A stretch of DNA of 64,000 nucleotides, taken from a virus. The notes under the pieces were generated by a model, which was not told the DNA's origin, made no database searches, and worked only from the letters and a program-made list of their open reading frames with translations. A program made the position numbers and the translations under genes. Each line of letters begins with the position of its first letter. Within the stretch, counting starts at the first letter, position 1. The stretch lies in the IMG/VR virus record IMGVR_UViG_3300045988_125731, positions 1-64,000 of that record; one strand, 5' to 3'. Shown here one piece after another: positions 45,928 to 57,300 of this stretch.

Positions 45928-47994
45928 ATGGATATTTCTACTACAAGATATAACATTTTTAACCAACCTTTAAGAAATAAACACGTTAAAATAGAAGTGT
46001 ATGATTTTTCTAATACTTTAATTGATGTGTTGCAAACAAAAGTTATTAGTGGAAGTTTAACCTTTGACGCTGATAACGATTTACGTCGTTCTGGGTCTTT
46101 AGAACTAGCCATTCCTGCTAAATTTAACAGCCCAGTATTTACACAAAATGTTCACGCCTTTTCTTCAGTGCTTAGTGGAGAAGGGCATATTTGGTATGAC
46201 CGATATTTAAAAATATTTATTGGTATAGAAAATATAACTCTTTCTCCATTAGTAAAGGAAGAAGATAAGATAGAGTGGTTTAATATGGGTTGTTACTTGG
46301 TAGATAAACCTAGTGAACAAATATCAGCAACTGAAGATTCATTATCTTTTAATTTACTTGACAGAATGGCAGAATTATCTGACCAAAGACAAGGTCAATT
46401 GCCTAACTTATCAGTTGAGATTAGAGGCGATGAATATATTAATGGCGAGTGGGTAAGAAAAGAAACACGCACTGTAATAGTCGATGTGCTTACTAATCTA
46501 TGTGGAATCACTAAATATGCTATAGCAGATATTCCTTCATATTACCAATATTTACCTTATAGCATAAAAGTGTCTGCAGGAGCAACAAAATTACAATTAT
46601 TACAAGAAATTAGAGACACCCTTCCTAACTGGGAGTTCTTTTTTGATGAAAACGGCGTGTTTATTTTCCAAGAAATACCTAACGGCTTAACTTCACCAAC
46701 GCTAAGAATTCCAGAAAACCAAGTTATTAGTAATACATCAGACGTTGAATTTACAAATGTAAAGAATGAGATTATCATTTATGGAAAAACTCACGAAACA
46801 ACTTTCTTTGCAAAGTCGGCTCGATATGCTAATGATACAGAATTACAATTAGACTTTGATAGTTTAGGTGGTTCTTCTGGATTTACACAAAATACTTTTA
46901 CTGCTGGTTCTACAATTGGTTTTACTACTCCAGACAATGGACTAAGTAATCCAACAATCAATTATGTTTCATTTTGGTATGACAATTTTACTAAAAAGAT
47001 TTTTGGCACTGAAACTTGGAGTGGAGATTTTTATCTATTTCCTTATGAGAATGCTGACGGAAATCCTTATCCAGACTTTCCTGCTCAAGCATATAACTTT
47101 GATGGAAATCAATTAGCTCCTAATACTTCTTACGTATTATCTATGTATTATGGATTATACGATGAGAATAAAGTGTTTATATCAAATGATGGACTATATG
47201 AGATTAATAGACCAGCTTTACAATTATTATCTCACTTGCAAGTTAAAGCGGTGAGCGTAAATAATACTGTCCGCAGTCCTTTCTATATTAATAGAAGACT
47301 TACTGGGGAAAATTATTATGGCGGTTTAAGTAATTTAAATAACTTAACTCTTGCCACTTACTCTGTATCTATTAATGATATTGATGTTAATGGAATACCT
47401 TTAACCCAATTTAATTTGGGAACAAGAATAACCTTTATGCCTCAATATCCTAACACTGAGAATAATACCAGCATATATGTAACGAACCAAGATGGCTCTT
47501 TATATGAACAAGCACATTTAATTACAACAAGTAAAACTGTGTATCAGGCTTTACCGCAAAATTCTTTTGTGGGCGATTATACTATCTTTGTAGTACAATT
47601 AGTAGAAATTGCGGGAACTCGTTATTGGTATCTCGAAGGAAGGCTAAATTCGGCTATTCCTTACATTTTAACAGATGGTGAGTATGGTAACCTATCTTCA
47701 GATTATATCGCTCAAATTAGGGCGGATTATGAGCTTTATTTGCACTCTTATTTGCCTAATACGATTAATCTAAATGTTATACCTAATTATTTATATAATG
47801 TTAACCAAAAAATAGAATTTGGTCAAACATATAAGGACTTTACAACAAAGTCTGAACAATTGGTTCAAACATCAGATAATAAAATATTCCAAGTTAAAGA
47901 TAAGAATACTAATTATTTGATTAAAAAAATTTCTTTTAACTTAGATTCTGACGCAAGCACAATGGATATTACAGCGATGGAAATTTTACAATAG
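45928..47994 (+). CDS. tail fiber / receptor-binding candidate (688 aa)
   Basis: Large Asn/Ser/Thr/Tyr-rich protein, the last structural gene before the lysis region. Confidence 0.4.
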   Translation: MDISTTRYNIFNQPLRNKHVKIEVYDFSNTLIDVLQTKVISGSLTFDADNDLRRSGSLELAIPAKFNSPVFTQNVHAFSSVLSGEGHIWYDRYLKIFIGIENITLSPLVKEEDKIEWFNMGCYLVDKPSEQISATEDSLSFNLLDRMAELSDQRQGQLPNLSVEIRGDEYINGEWVRKETRTVIVDVLTNLCGITKYAIADIPSYYQYLPYSIKVSAGATKLQLLQEIRDTLPNWEFFFDENGVFIFQEIPNGLTSPTLRIPENQVISNTSDVEFTNVKNEIIIYGKTHETTFFAKSARYANDTELQLDFDSLGGSSGFTQNTFTAGSTIGFTTPDNGLSNPTINYVSFWYDNFTKKIFGTETWSGDFYLFPYENADGNPYPDFPAQAYNFDGNQLAPNTSYVLSMYYGLYDENKVFISNDGLYEINRPALQLLSHLQVKAVSVNNTVRSPFYINRRLTGENYYGGLSNLNNLTLATYSVSINDIDVNGIPLTQFNLGTRITFMPQYPNTENNTSIYVTNQDGSLYEQAHLITTSKTVYQALPQNSFVGDYTIFVVQLVEIAGTRYWYLEGRLNSAIPYILTDGEYGNLSSDYIAQIRADYELYLHSYLPNTINLNVIPNYLYNVNQKIEFGQTYKDFTTKSEQLVQTSDNKIFQVKDKNTNYLIKKISFNLDSDASTMDITAMEILQ

Positions 47995-48107
47995 TTAAAG
48001 AAAGAATTATCAAACATTATAAAATAATAAAACATACAAACGATGTTCTTTACACAAAGAACTTAAGAATTACAACAGAAGATTTTCAAGAAAGTGGTGA
48101 GTTTAAA

Positions 48108-48527
48108 ATGAACCTTGGCACAATAATTACAATTGTTGCTAGTGTTTTAGGGGGTATTAGCACTATTGTTGGAACGATTGTGGCTGTTATTAAGTGGTTT
48201 AGTAAACAATCGAAGAAGATTATAGAAAGTGTATTAACAGAAATGTTACAAGAAAAAATCACTCCGCATATGCAAGAAATAGATAAGAATATTAATGCCT
48301 TGCAAGCAGAAGTTAATAAAAATGAAAGAGATAGACTCCGTTCACATATAATAGATTTCTCTGAGAGGCTACGTGCAGGAGAAGTGCCAACCGAAACTTC
48401 CTTTCAGAGTATATTCTCAGAACACGACAAATATCATTCATTAGGTGGAAATGGTTTTGAAGCTGCCTGTATGGTCTTAATCCGTGAAAAATATGATGAA
48501 TATTATATGAAGACAGAATCTAAATAA
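48108..48527 (+). CDS. holin-like protein (N-terminal transmembrane helix plus a coiled-coil tail)
   Basis: MNLGTIITIVASVLGGISTIVGTIVAVIKW forms a transmembrane helix, and a charged helical tail follows. Confidence 0.4.
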   Translation: MNLGTIITIVASVLGGISTIVGTIVAVIKWFSKQSKKIIESVLTEMLQEKITPHMQEIDKNINALQAEVNKNERDRLRSHIIDFSERLRAGEVPTETSFQSIFSEHDKYHSLGGNGFEAACMVLIREKYDEYYMKTESK

Positions 48528-48564
48528 GTCTAAATAAATAATAAATTTAAAAGGAGATTTTTAT

Positions 48565-48741
48565 ATGCCTTGGAGATTAATAGCAGCTGCAAGTCCTGAT
48601 TACGATAGCGATAGCTATGTATGTGATGATGTTGCAGATTTAGATAATTTACCTAAAAATAGAATAGGTTCCTATTGTTACGTAGTTAGCACTACTGACT
48701 TATATGTTTTAAATGGTGAACTTGTATGGACTATTTGCTAG
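48565..48741 (+). CDS. unannotated 58-aa Cys-containing protein; paralogue of 30032-30217
   Basis: ATG 7 nt after an AAGGAG RBS. It is not in the ORF track because it is shorter than 60 aa. Carries the motif CDDVADL...GSYCYVVSTTDLYVLNGELVW. Confidence 0.5.
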   Translation: MPWRLIAAASPDYDSDSYVCDDVADLDNLPKNRIGSYCYVVSTTDLYVLNGELVWTIC

Positions 48742-48825
48742 TTAAACTAGTTAAATTAGCAAATATTTTTATATTTTATTAATTTAATTATATTATAAAA
48801 AATTATATTATACAAGGAGGATACT

Positions 48826-49143
48826 ATGATATTAGCAACTCTTAATTCTTGGCAAATTGCCTTAATAGTTATTGCAAGCATTGTTGCTTTAGTGATTGGT
48901 TTTATATTATTCGTTAAATACGGTTGGTTTAGAAAATTAGTTTATAACCTAGTTGTAAAAGCCGAAGTTCTTATTAAAGAATCTGGACAAGGTCAAGTGA
49001 AGAAAGCAATGGTAGTAGATTGGATACACGAAAAATTACCTAACGCTTTAAAACCTTTTATCTCTAAAGAACTTATTTCTCAAACAATAGATAAAGCCGT
49101 TGAGAAAATGAATAAATATTTAAAAGAACAAGCAGATAAATAA
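48826..49143 (+). CDS. holin-like small membrane protein (105 aa)
   Basis: N-terminal transmembrane helix IALIVIASIVALVIGFILFV, then a charged tail. Preceded by an AAGGAGG RBS. Confidence 0.45.
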   Translation: MILATLNSWQIALIVIASIVALVIGFILFVKYGWFRKLVYNLVVKAEVLIKESGQGQVKKAMVVDWIHEKLPNALKPFISKELISQTIDKAVEKMNKYLKEQADK

Positions 49144-49218
49144 TAACTATTAAACAAACCTTGCAACCAAAAAAGGTTTCAAATACAAAATGCAACTAAT
49201 TTTGGTTGCAAATAAATA

Positions 49219-49258
49219 AAAAAAATAAAAGGGTAGTGTAAAATCTACCCTTTTTTAT
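49219..49258. terminator. bidirectional intrinsic terminator between convergent gene blocks
   Basis: Stem AAGGGTAG/CTACCCTT with an A-run 5' and a T-run 3'. Confidence 0.6.
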
Positions 49259-49288
49259 GCCGAATTTAATTGTAGTTTAAATTGCATT

Positions 49289-49897
49289 TTATTCTATCTC
49301 ATCTTCGTCGATACTCTCACAATGTACTTCATATTCTTTACCTAGGTCAATATCCTCTCCGTCATAAAATTCTTCATATATGATATCATAAATGTGCTGG
49401 AAGTCATAATGATATGTAGTCCTATTTAGTTTCTGAGGGATAAGTAGCCCTAGCATCTTACAGTCATCTTCGTTTATTGACTTTTTATTAAAGTCAGGCG
49501 ATGTAATAAATGATATGAAATCTTCAATAGGAACAGCGTACGTTTTATTAGTTTTTCTAAAGTTAATAATAAACATAGCATTTACATCAATATACTCGGC
49601 TGCTTCTAATAAAGATTTTATTTGGTGCCATTTGATATTTGCTGAAGTATTTTTCTTTTGTTTTGCTTCTTCTTCCGTTTGAAAACTTACACTAGTTCCT
49701 ATAACTGATTTTAACTCTAAACAAAAGAGAGTTGGATACTTATAGGCGATAAAGTCATATGGATTTTTAGCACTAAATCTTACCTTAGTGCTATCTTTAC
49801 CAAAAGAAGAAGGAGGGTCTATTAGACGCAAAGTGTAAAATTTATCTTTTAATAAAGATTTTTGAAATTGGTGTTCAAAAGATTTTCCTGCGTTCAT
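49289..49897 (-). CDS. RecU-like Holliday junction resolvase (PD-(D/E)xK fold)
   Basis: DFIAYKYPTLFCLELKSV matches RecU DYNGIYKGRYIDFEAKET. FIINFRKTNKTYAVPIEDFISF matches RecU FVIISAFDQVYFLEADKLFYF. Confidence 0.6.
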   Translation of the reverse strand: MNAGKSFEHQFQKSLLKDKFYTLRLIDPPSSFGKDSTKVRFSAKNPYDFIAYKYPTLFCLELKSVIGTSVSFQTEEEAKQKKNTSANIKWHQIKSLLEAAEYIDVNAMFIINFRKTNKTYAVPIEDFISFITSPDFNKKSINEDDCKMLGLLIPQKLNRTTYHYDFQHIYDIIYEEFYDGEDIDLGKEYEVHCESIDEDEIE

Positions 49898-50068
49898 AAA
49901 TTATCATTCCTCCATTGTAATTGCAATTTGGTCTTTTGTAAAGAAAAGTGGTTGAAATATACTATCTGCAAGAAATTTTAAATAGTTGTTTGGGTCATAT
50001 TTTGGAACCAAGACATCATATTTTGGAACAAAGACATATGGTGGGAATGGTTTAAAATTAAACATATA

Positions 50069-50371
50069 TTATTTATCTTCTTGAAAATCGACATCTATAT
50101 GTTCGATTTTTGCTCTTTTGCTAAGTATTATTAAGTAATTGTACATAGCATTTAATTGTTCAGTTAAAAGTTCAACTGGACAATTAGGCGTAAAGTCTAC
50201 CACTCCAGAATTAATTGCCCCAATTAATGTAGATAATTTAGCGATTCTCCACATTAATAAAAAATATTCTGCTCTAAATCTTTCTTTATAATCATCACTT
50301 TTTATTAATTCGATAGTATGATTAATTTCTTCGGTAGTTATATTATTTATTTTGTTAATTATAGGTTCCAT
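50069..50371 (-). CDS. hypothetical protein (100 aa)
   Basis: ORF with a GGAAAGGAGG RBS. Confidence 0.4.
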   Translation of the reverse strand: MEPIINKINNITTEEINHTIELIKSDDYKERFRAEYFLLMWRIAKLSTLIGAINSGVVDFTPNCPVELLTEQLNAMYNYLIILSKRAKIEHIDVDFQEDK

Positions 50372-50523
50372 TATTTATCCTCCTTTCCATTTAATTTTTC
50401 TTCTAACGAATATTGTTTTGTTTTCATATTTGCTAGTTCATCTTTCAAAATTATTATTAAAAAATACAGATAAAAAATAATCAACATTTGTATTGCAAAA
50501 ATTAAGATACCTAATAAGTTCAT
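50371..50523 (-). CDS. unannotated 50-aa single-pass membrane peptide
   Basis: Minus-strand ATG 9 nt after a GGAGG RBS. MNLLGILIFAIQMLIIFYLYFLIIIL is a transmembrane helix. The stop overlaps the next start. Confidence 0.4.
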   Translation of the reverse strand: MNLLGILIFAIQMLIIFYLYFLIIILKDELANMKTKQYSLEEKLNGKEDK

Positions 50524-50571
50524 TAAGTAATTCCTCCTTCTCTATATTATATGCTGTTGATAAAATAAAAA

Positions 50572-50901
50572 TCAATCATCATTAGAAGATAGGATAATTT
50601 TCTTTTTATAACTATACTTGCTATTACTAAGAGGCGTTGCCCACACCGATAATTCAAAAGCATTAGTAGGAGTAATTGCGATACGATAATATTCATTTGA
50701 GTTATCTAAATAAGGAATTTTATCATAATTATCTTTTATCCATTGAATAATTTTTGGTAATATTTCCTCATACATTTGATGGTCTTTATCTCGTATCCAC
50801 CAGCTATAGTAAACTACAAATTCAAGTAAATCAGTATTATATTGTGGTCTAAAATCATTGTTGCCTGGAATAATTAAATAAGTATTTACTGCTCTTTTCA
50901 T
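50572..50901 (-). CDS. hypothetical protein (109 aa)
   Basis: ORF. No motif. Confidence 0.4.
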   Translation of the reverse strand: MKRAVNTYLIIPGNNDFRPQYNTDLLEFVVYYSWWIRDKDHQMYEEILPKIIQWIKDNYDKIPYLDNSNEYYRIAITPTNAFELSVWATPLSNSKYSYKKKIILSSNDD

Positions 50902-51068
50902 ATTTTCTCTTCTCCTATTCTTTAAAATCTAAGGCTAAAATAAGGGGTAAAATTGAACGTTTTGTCTCTATTTGCATACCCCTTAATAACTTATAAGGGA
51001 AGTATTCAAAATGCAGAAATACCCCCTAAATAAGTCTTAAAATTGAAAATATAACACTAAAAACACTT

Positions 51069-53423
51069 TTATTCCTCATATAAAGAATAAGTATATTCAT
51101 CATCATTAGAAGAACTATTCTTTAAGTCTGCGTTAAGGTCATAATATCCACTTAACATTTCAGATAATAGTGTTTGTTTAGTAGAAACTTTTGTTGTAGC
51201 AATAGCAGTTTCTAATGCTCTTTTTTCAGCACAAAGAATACATTTCTTTTTTGCTCTTGTAATGGCAGTGTATACCCATTGTCTACATAGTAAAGTATAA
51301 GCAGAATAATTTACACCTACTATAACAGTATCGGTTTCACTACCTTGGAACTTATGACAAGTAATTGCATAAGCAAGTTGAAGACTACCTAACATTTTAT
51401 CTTCATAAATAACTTCTCCAACTTTATCATAGTTCATAGAAAAATCTACAACTAAGGTACGCTCTAAACGATTGATTTCTTTGATAATACCAATATATCC
51501 ATTGTAAACATCAACTTTATCACCATTAGTATTTAAGCAGTTATAAGAATTAACAATATTAATTACTTTGTCTCCAACTCTAAAACACTTATCATTCTTT
51601 AATGGTAAAGTATTTAAACTCGAACATTTACTTTCTGGATTGTAGTAGTTTTGTATCATAGTATTTAAAGAGCTTACACTGATAGAACCCCTATCACGCA
51701 TCGGCACAATAATTTGAAGTTTATTTATGTCTTGTAATCTTTCATAGTTTTCTTTAAATGCTTCAAAAATTGCTTGTTCTGTATGTGCATTATTAATTCT
51801 AAGTTCAAAATCTTCTAATTCTCCCCTAATATAAGAACCACCATCTACGCAGCCATTAGTAATACTTTCTCCATTACGTACGTGGAAAGACTCAGTAATA
51901 ATACCACTCTTTAAGGCTTGTCTATGAATTTTATTTAAAACTTGACAAGGAATAACTCTGCATTCCAATAAGTCTTTTAAGATGTTCAAACAACCGATGC
52001 TTTCTAATTGGTTATGGTCGCCAACCATAATAAGTTTTGCTCCAGTCGGAATGGCTTGAATTAAAGCATAAAACAATTCTCCACCAATCATAGACACTTC
52101 ATCAAGAATAACAATATCAACATCTAAAGGATTTTGCTTGTTGTGTAAAAATCCACCTGTTTCAACATCTATTCCTAATAATCTGTGAATAGTAGAACCT
52201 TCTAGCCCTGTAATTTCAGTTAATCTAGAAGCGGCTCTTCCTGCTAAAGCAACTTGGGCTATTCTATAACCTTTAAATGCTCTAACTAATACTTCTACAG
52301 TAGAACTTTTACCAGTACCAGAAGCACCAGTAATTACACCTACATTAGATTCACTAAAGATTTTTGCTCCATTGATTTGTTCATCAGTTAATTTCCAACC
52401 ACGTTCTTCTTCAATTTGTCTTACGATGCTATCTATTGTATAACCTGGGAAAATACGTCTATTGTTTCCATCTAACAAGCGTAATAATTCATTAGCAATT
52501 TTACGTTCTAGATTATAATATTTAAGTAAAAATACTCTATTGCGTTCTTCATCAAATCTTAAAATATCATTATCAGTTAATTGCGTAATAGCGTCGCCAA
52601 ATGATTGCATTATAGTATCTTTATGGGAGTTGATATATTCTGAATCAAATAGTTTAAGAACGCCTGCTGTTATAACATCTGGAGTAAGCCACGAGTTACC
52701 GACTTGAGCCTGCTCTTCTAAGTAATAACAGATAAATCCTGCAATTCTTTGTGGACTGTCAAAAGCAATGCCAACTTTCATTCCAATTTCATCTGCTTTA
52801 GCCCAACCAATACCTTTAATATCTCTAATTAGTTGATAAGGATTTTCTTCTAATATCTTAGATATTTTATCAAGGTTGCGATAACGTTTTAAAAGTTTAT
52901 CGATAATAGATACACTTAGATTGTATTGACCTAATTTAGAATATGCCATTTCATATTGCTTATTTTCTTCGTATTTTTGAATTATTCTTTGAGCAGTAAC
53001 AGTTTTTATACCTTTTACTTCACATAAAGCGTCTATATCTTTTTCTTTAATAACTTTTAATGGGTCGCTCAAGGTATTATATAATGCTTCAACTTGTCTT
53101 TCTGATAGGATATAAGATAAAAATTGTCGTGTAGAATAATCATTTTCACTAGCAAGAGAAGGTTGCATATATATAATCTGATATTGTAATCCATAAGTAG
53201 GGTGTTCCACAATATTTGCCATTAACGAAAAGTACGTTTTGGCGTCAGTATGCATATCTATTTTAGGCAATTCACCAACAACTGATATAGAATTACCACT
53301 CTTAACATCTACACACGCTAAAGTTCCCCACGTACCCTCTGAAACTCTTTGTCCAGATGGGTATTTTATTCTTGAAACCTGTACGGTAATTTGTACAGAC
53401 TTTTTAATATTAGATTTTTCCAT
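51069..53423 (-). CDS. RecD2/TraA-family SF1 helicase
   Basis: N-terminal OB-like domain and helix-hairpin-helix, Walker A GASGTGKSS, Walker B VILDEVSM. The C-terminal accessory domain is typical of RecD2. Confidence 0.8.
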   Translation of the reverse strand: MEKSNIKKSVQITVQVSRIKYPSGQRVSEGTWGTLACVDVKSGNSISVVGELPKIDMHTDAKTYFSLMANIVEHPTYGLQYQIIYMQPSLASENDYSTRQFLSYILSERQVEALYNTLSDPLKVIKEKDIDALCEVKGIKTVTAQRIIQKYEENKQYEMAYSKLGQYNLSVSIIDKLLKRYRNLDKISKILEENPYQLIRDIKGIGWAKADEIGMKVGIAFDSPQRIAGFICYYLEEQAQVGNSWLTPDVITAGVLKLFDSEYINSHKDTIMQSFGDAITQLTDNDILRFDEERNRVFLLKYYNLERKIANELLRLLDGNNRRIFPGYTIDSIVRQIEEERGWKLTDEQINGAKIFSESNVGVITGASGTGKSSTVEVLVRAFKGYRIAQVALAGRAASRLTEITGLEGSTIHRLLGIDVETGGFLHNKQNPLDVDIVILDEVSMIGGELFYALIQAIPTGAKLIMVGDHNQLESIGCLNILKDLLECRVIPCQVLNKIHRQALKSGIITESFHVRNGESITNGCVDGGSYIRGELEDFELRINNAHTEQAIFEAFKENYERLQDINKLQIIVPMRDRGSISVSSLNTMIQNYYNPESKCSSLNTLPLKNDKCFRVGDKVINIVNSYNCLNTNGDKVDVYNGYIGIIKEINRLERTLVVDFSMNYDKVGEVIYEDKMLGSLQLAYAITCHKFQGSETDTVIVGVNYSAYTLLCRQWVYTAITRAKKKCILCAEKRALETAIATTKVSTKQTLLSEMLSGYYDLNADLKNSSSNDDEYTYSLYEE

Positions 53424-53486
53424 TATATATATGCTCCTTCTTTCAAAATAAAAATGTTTGTTGTTTGTTTTATTTTAGTTTATTTA

Positions 53487-53801
53487 TCAATTATTGTCAA
53501 TAGTGTAAATTTTAGTAATTTGACACACACTTATACTAGAATTAAAGATTAAATTAGTATTAATCCACTTCACTACTTGTGGCAAAGTTGCAAAAATTAT
53601 TTGCTCTTGTTTACCAGTGGAATAATCTACATAAATAGCTTGATATTTAGGAAATAGGTACGTCATTGTACCTTTGTAAACACCCTCATCATTAGTAGAT
53701 TCTTCATTAAGGTTCTCATTTTTAGTTGTTTTAGTTGTGTTATTTTCTTGATTTTCGCACATACTATTTTTTGCCCTTTTTAGCCATAACTTCTTCAGCA
53801 A
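53487..53801 (-). CDS. hypothetical protein (about 90-104 aa)
   Basis: ORF that overlaps the upstream gene. Confidence 0.35.
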   Translation of the reverse strand: MLKKLWLKRAKNSMCENQENNTTKTTKNENLNEESTNDEGVYKGTMTYLFPKYQAIYVDYSTGKQEQIIFATLPQVVKWINTNLIFNSSISVCQITKIYTIDNN

Positions 53802-54381
53802 TCTTTGTCATACGAGGTAATTGTTCATTTACTATTTCCATTTTTGCACCAAGCTCCTCATCTTTTAAAGCGTTAACTTCTTCTCTGGTACGAAGAATAA
53901 CTTTAATTGTGCCACTAGGAAGAGCTTCAGATAAATGTGGCAACATCATTATACAATGCTTTTCAATAGCATTTGCAAAGATAGTAGACAGATTTCTTTT
54001 ATGTTTAGGTTTTGCAACAAAAGAAAGTTCTTTAGTTTTATCATCTTGTAATACATCATAGTTAGTATAAGTTTGAATTAAAATATCTTTTATCTTATTG
54101 CCATCTTGTGCATTCATTTCTACATCAAGACCATCTTCAAGTTCTAATTTAATATCTTGTTCAATATCTTGTCTTTGCTCTGGAGTTAAGTCTAACCCTT
54201 CAACTGCTGTTTCAACTCTTTTATGATAAAGGTCGTCGATTGCTTTTTGTAGCCCTATGATTTCATATAATTGTCCAATATGTCCTAATTGTTTGATATC
54301 TTCAATATTAAAATTAAATATTTTTTCTTCCATATTATTCTCCTTTATTTTTTTTGTGGTGCTGTATATACCACATTCCAA
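53764..54381 (-). CDS. hypothetical acidic protein (205 aa) immediately downstream of the polymerase
   Basis: Overlaps the polymerase stop by 37 nt. Confidence 0.4.
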   Translation of the reverse strand: MECGIYSTTKKIKENNMEEKIFNFNIEDIKQLGHIGQLYEIIGLQKAIDDLYHKRVETAVEGLDLTPEQRQDIEQDIKLELEDGLDVEMNAQDGNKIKDILIQTYTNYDVLQDDKTKELSFVAKPKHKRNLSTIFANAIEKHCIMMLPHLSEALPSGTIKVILRTREEVNALKDEELGAKMEIVNEQLPRMTKIAEEVMAKKGKK

Positions 54382-57300
54382 TCTAATAAAATATCCTCAA
54401 ATTCAGTATTAGATTGAATAAATTTTCTTTCCGTTCCACCTTCTATAAAATTAGGATTAAGCAGCCATTTTCTGTCTTGTCTATCTAATATTAATTGGAA
54501 GATAGAACCTACACTTATTGGTTTTACACTAAGTTTATTAAGGTCTTTACATTTATATACCTTAGTAGAAGCGTCATACAAATGCTGAACAGTAATAGTA
54601 TAATTCTTTTTACTATGACCCTCAACTATTTTAGTTACAAAATAAAAATCTTTCATTTCTGGATTAGTATAAATAATACACGTATAATATTCTAGTTCAG
54701 CGTTAAGTCTTTCTTCTAATAATAAATGTTCATCTGGTATCATTTTCCAATAGAACTTTAAAAAAGATTGACTATTAAAGTTTTTTAATTGTTTTGGAGT
54801 TTCACCACCACAAAATGGAATTAATTGAGAAATAGGAACTATATATTCCTTAGCCTTACTTAATTGAACTTTATCTCCAAGTTGAATATACGCTTCTAAT
54901 ATCTTACATATCTTGGCTGTTTTACCAAAATTTCTAAAGAAATTAAGTTTAGCAAGGGCTTGAACTTTAGATTTTCCAACCGCTTGGAATAATAAAGGAA
55001 TTAATTCTACAAAAGATAAGTTTGAATTATTAACAGCAACTTCATATAATTTACTTCCATCAGTTGTTCCAAAACCTTTAAGAGAAGATATACCTTTATA
55101 GATAATCTTATGTCCGTTTTCTATGCCAATTGCGTAATTATCTTTAGATTTTCCAAATTCAATACTATAAATAGGAATACCTAATTGCTGTGCTAAAGAA
55201 GTTCCATCTTGAATATCTTTGTTATTCGCAGCACAATTTAAGAACGCTGTAAGAAATTCGTGTGGATAGTAGTATCTTAAGTAAGCACAAATATAAGTTA
55301 ACATACTATATGCTTGAGCGTGATTGTAGTTAAATTGGTAAGAAGCAGAATCCTCAATAATCTTTAAGAAAGTTTTTGCTTCTTCTTCTGCAATTTCTCT
55401 TGGTTTGTCAGATTTATTACAATAACCTTCTAATATTTTTGGAAGCCATTCAGCAATTTTATCTTCTTTTTTAGCACAAATATAACGTCTAACAGTGTCA
55501 GCGTCGCCTCCACTAAAACCACATATTTGTTGCAAAAACGCAATACAATCTTCTTGGTAAAGCAAATACCCATAATTATTTTTTAAGAGTTCATCTATCA
55601 TAGGAGATGGATTCTTATACCACTCTTTAGCAAATAGTTTATCTCTAAAACTTGCTCCCGAAGGACGGATAGCAGCAGTTACCAAGTCAATATCACTAAT
55701 ACAATGTGGCTCAAACTTCTTTAAAGAACTAAAAGCAAAATCACCATTCATTTGAAAGAGTCCTACAGGACTATCTAACATATGCTTCCATACCTCTTCG
55801 TCATTCCAATTTAGTGTCTTAGAATTAGGGAAGGGAATATTTGCCAAATCACAAGTTTGTTGAATAATAGAAATGTTCACTAGACTAAGTAAATCGTATT
55901 TTAGGATACCGAGTTCGTGCGATTCGTCCATATTCAAATTAAGAATATGCTTGCTATTTTCTCCACTATTATCCCACACCCAACCAAAGTTATCAGGTAA
56001 AGTCCAAGGACAAATTAAAATGCCAGCAGGGTGAATACTCCTAGAGATTGAAGTGTTAACTAACCCATCAAAATAATAAAATAATTGTGGATATTTAGCT
56101 CTTATATCAGTTTTATTTTCACTTTCATCAGCGTCATATTCATCTTTTATTTTATCAATATCAGCAAAGGAATAATCTAAAACTTTACCCACAATATCTA
56201 TTGTTCCGCGGTCAGCAATTGTTCCGATAGATAATACGTAAGCCGTATGTTCAAGACCAAAACTATCTATAATATGCTTATATATTCTAGGTTTATCTTC
56301 ATCTCTTACATCGACATCTATATCAGCTAAAACTTTTCTATTTTCATTGGCAAATCTAGAAAAAATAGTGTGCCATTCTATACTATCAACATCTGTAATA
56401 CCTAATATATAAGCAATTAAAGAACCACTTACTGAACCACGACCTAAACCAACAGGAATGTTATTGCTCTTACACCAACCAATTAAATCAGACATAAACA
56501 GCATAAAACTTAACATATCTAATTTATTGAAAACATCATATTCTTCTTTAATACGGTCTAAATATTCTTGTTTTTTATCTAAAGGAATATATCCCTTAGC
56601 AAGTTTATCTTTAAACATAGTATAAAGTTTTGTTAAAAAATCTTGCTCAATATTATCACTTATATGGGGGTATTTAAATGAAGTATCTAACGTAAATTCT
56701 TCTACACTATCAGCCATCACATTAGTATTTTCAATTGCTGATAAATATTCTTCTTCAGTTAACGCCCCTTGTTCTCTAAAACATTCAACTAATTCATCAT
56801 AAGTTTTGTATGTTAAGTCAAAAGTATCTTCGTCCCCGTAAGATTGTCCCTTATATTTCATTAATAAGCTACGGCATTCTGCTTTGTGCTTATTTAAACT
56901 ATGTGTATCAGTTCCTGCTATCAAAGGTTTATGTATCACTTTTGATATACGTGCGAGCCACTTATTATATTCAATTTGTTCTTGCGATTTGATATGAGGT
57001 TGTACTTCAAGATAGTCATAATGTTGACATAATTTATAAAAAGTTTCATCAGAAATAGTAATGCTTTGATTTCCATTTTGTTTTCGATAAGTGTTTAAAG
57101 GAGAAGCTAAACAAGCAGATATTTTAATCACATTAGAGCTGAGTTGAAAGAACTCATCAAATGTAATTCGGGGTGCGTAGTAGTAATGCTCTCGGTCGCT
57201 AGCCTTGCTCATAGCAAGATTAATTTCTTTTACACCTTCGTAGTTTTTAGCAAGCAAAATAGTATGGTAATTATCACGTATTTTGTTGTCTAGTGATTGT

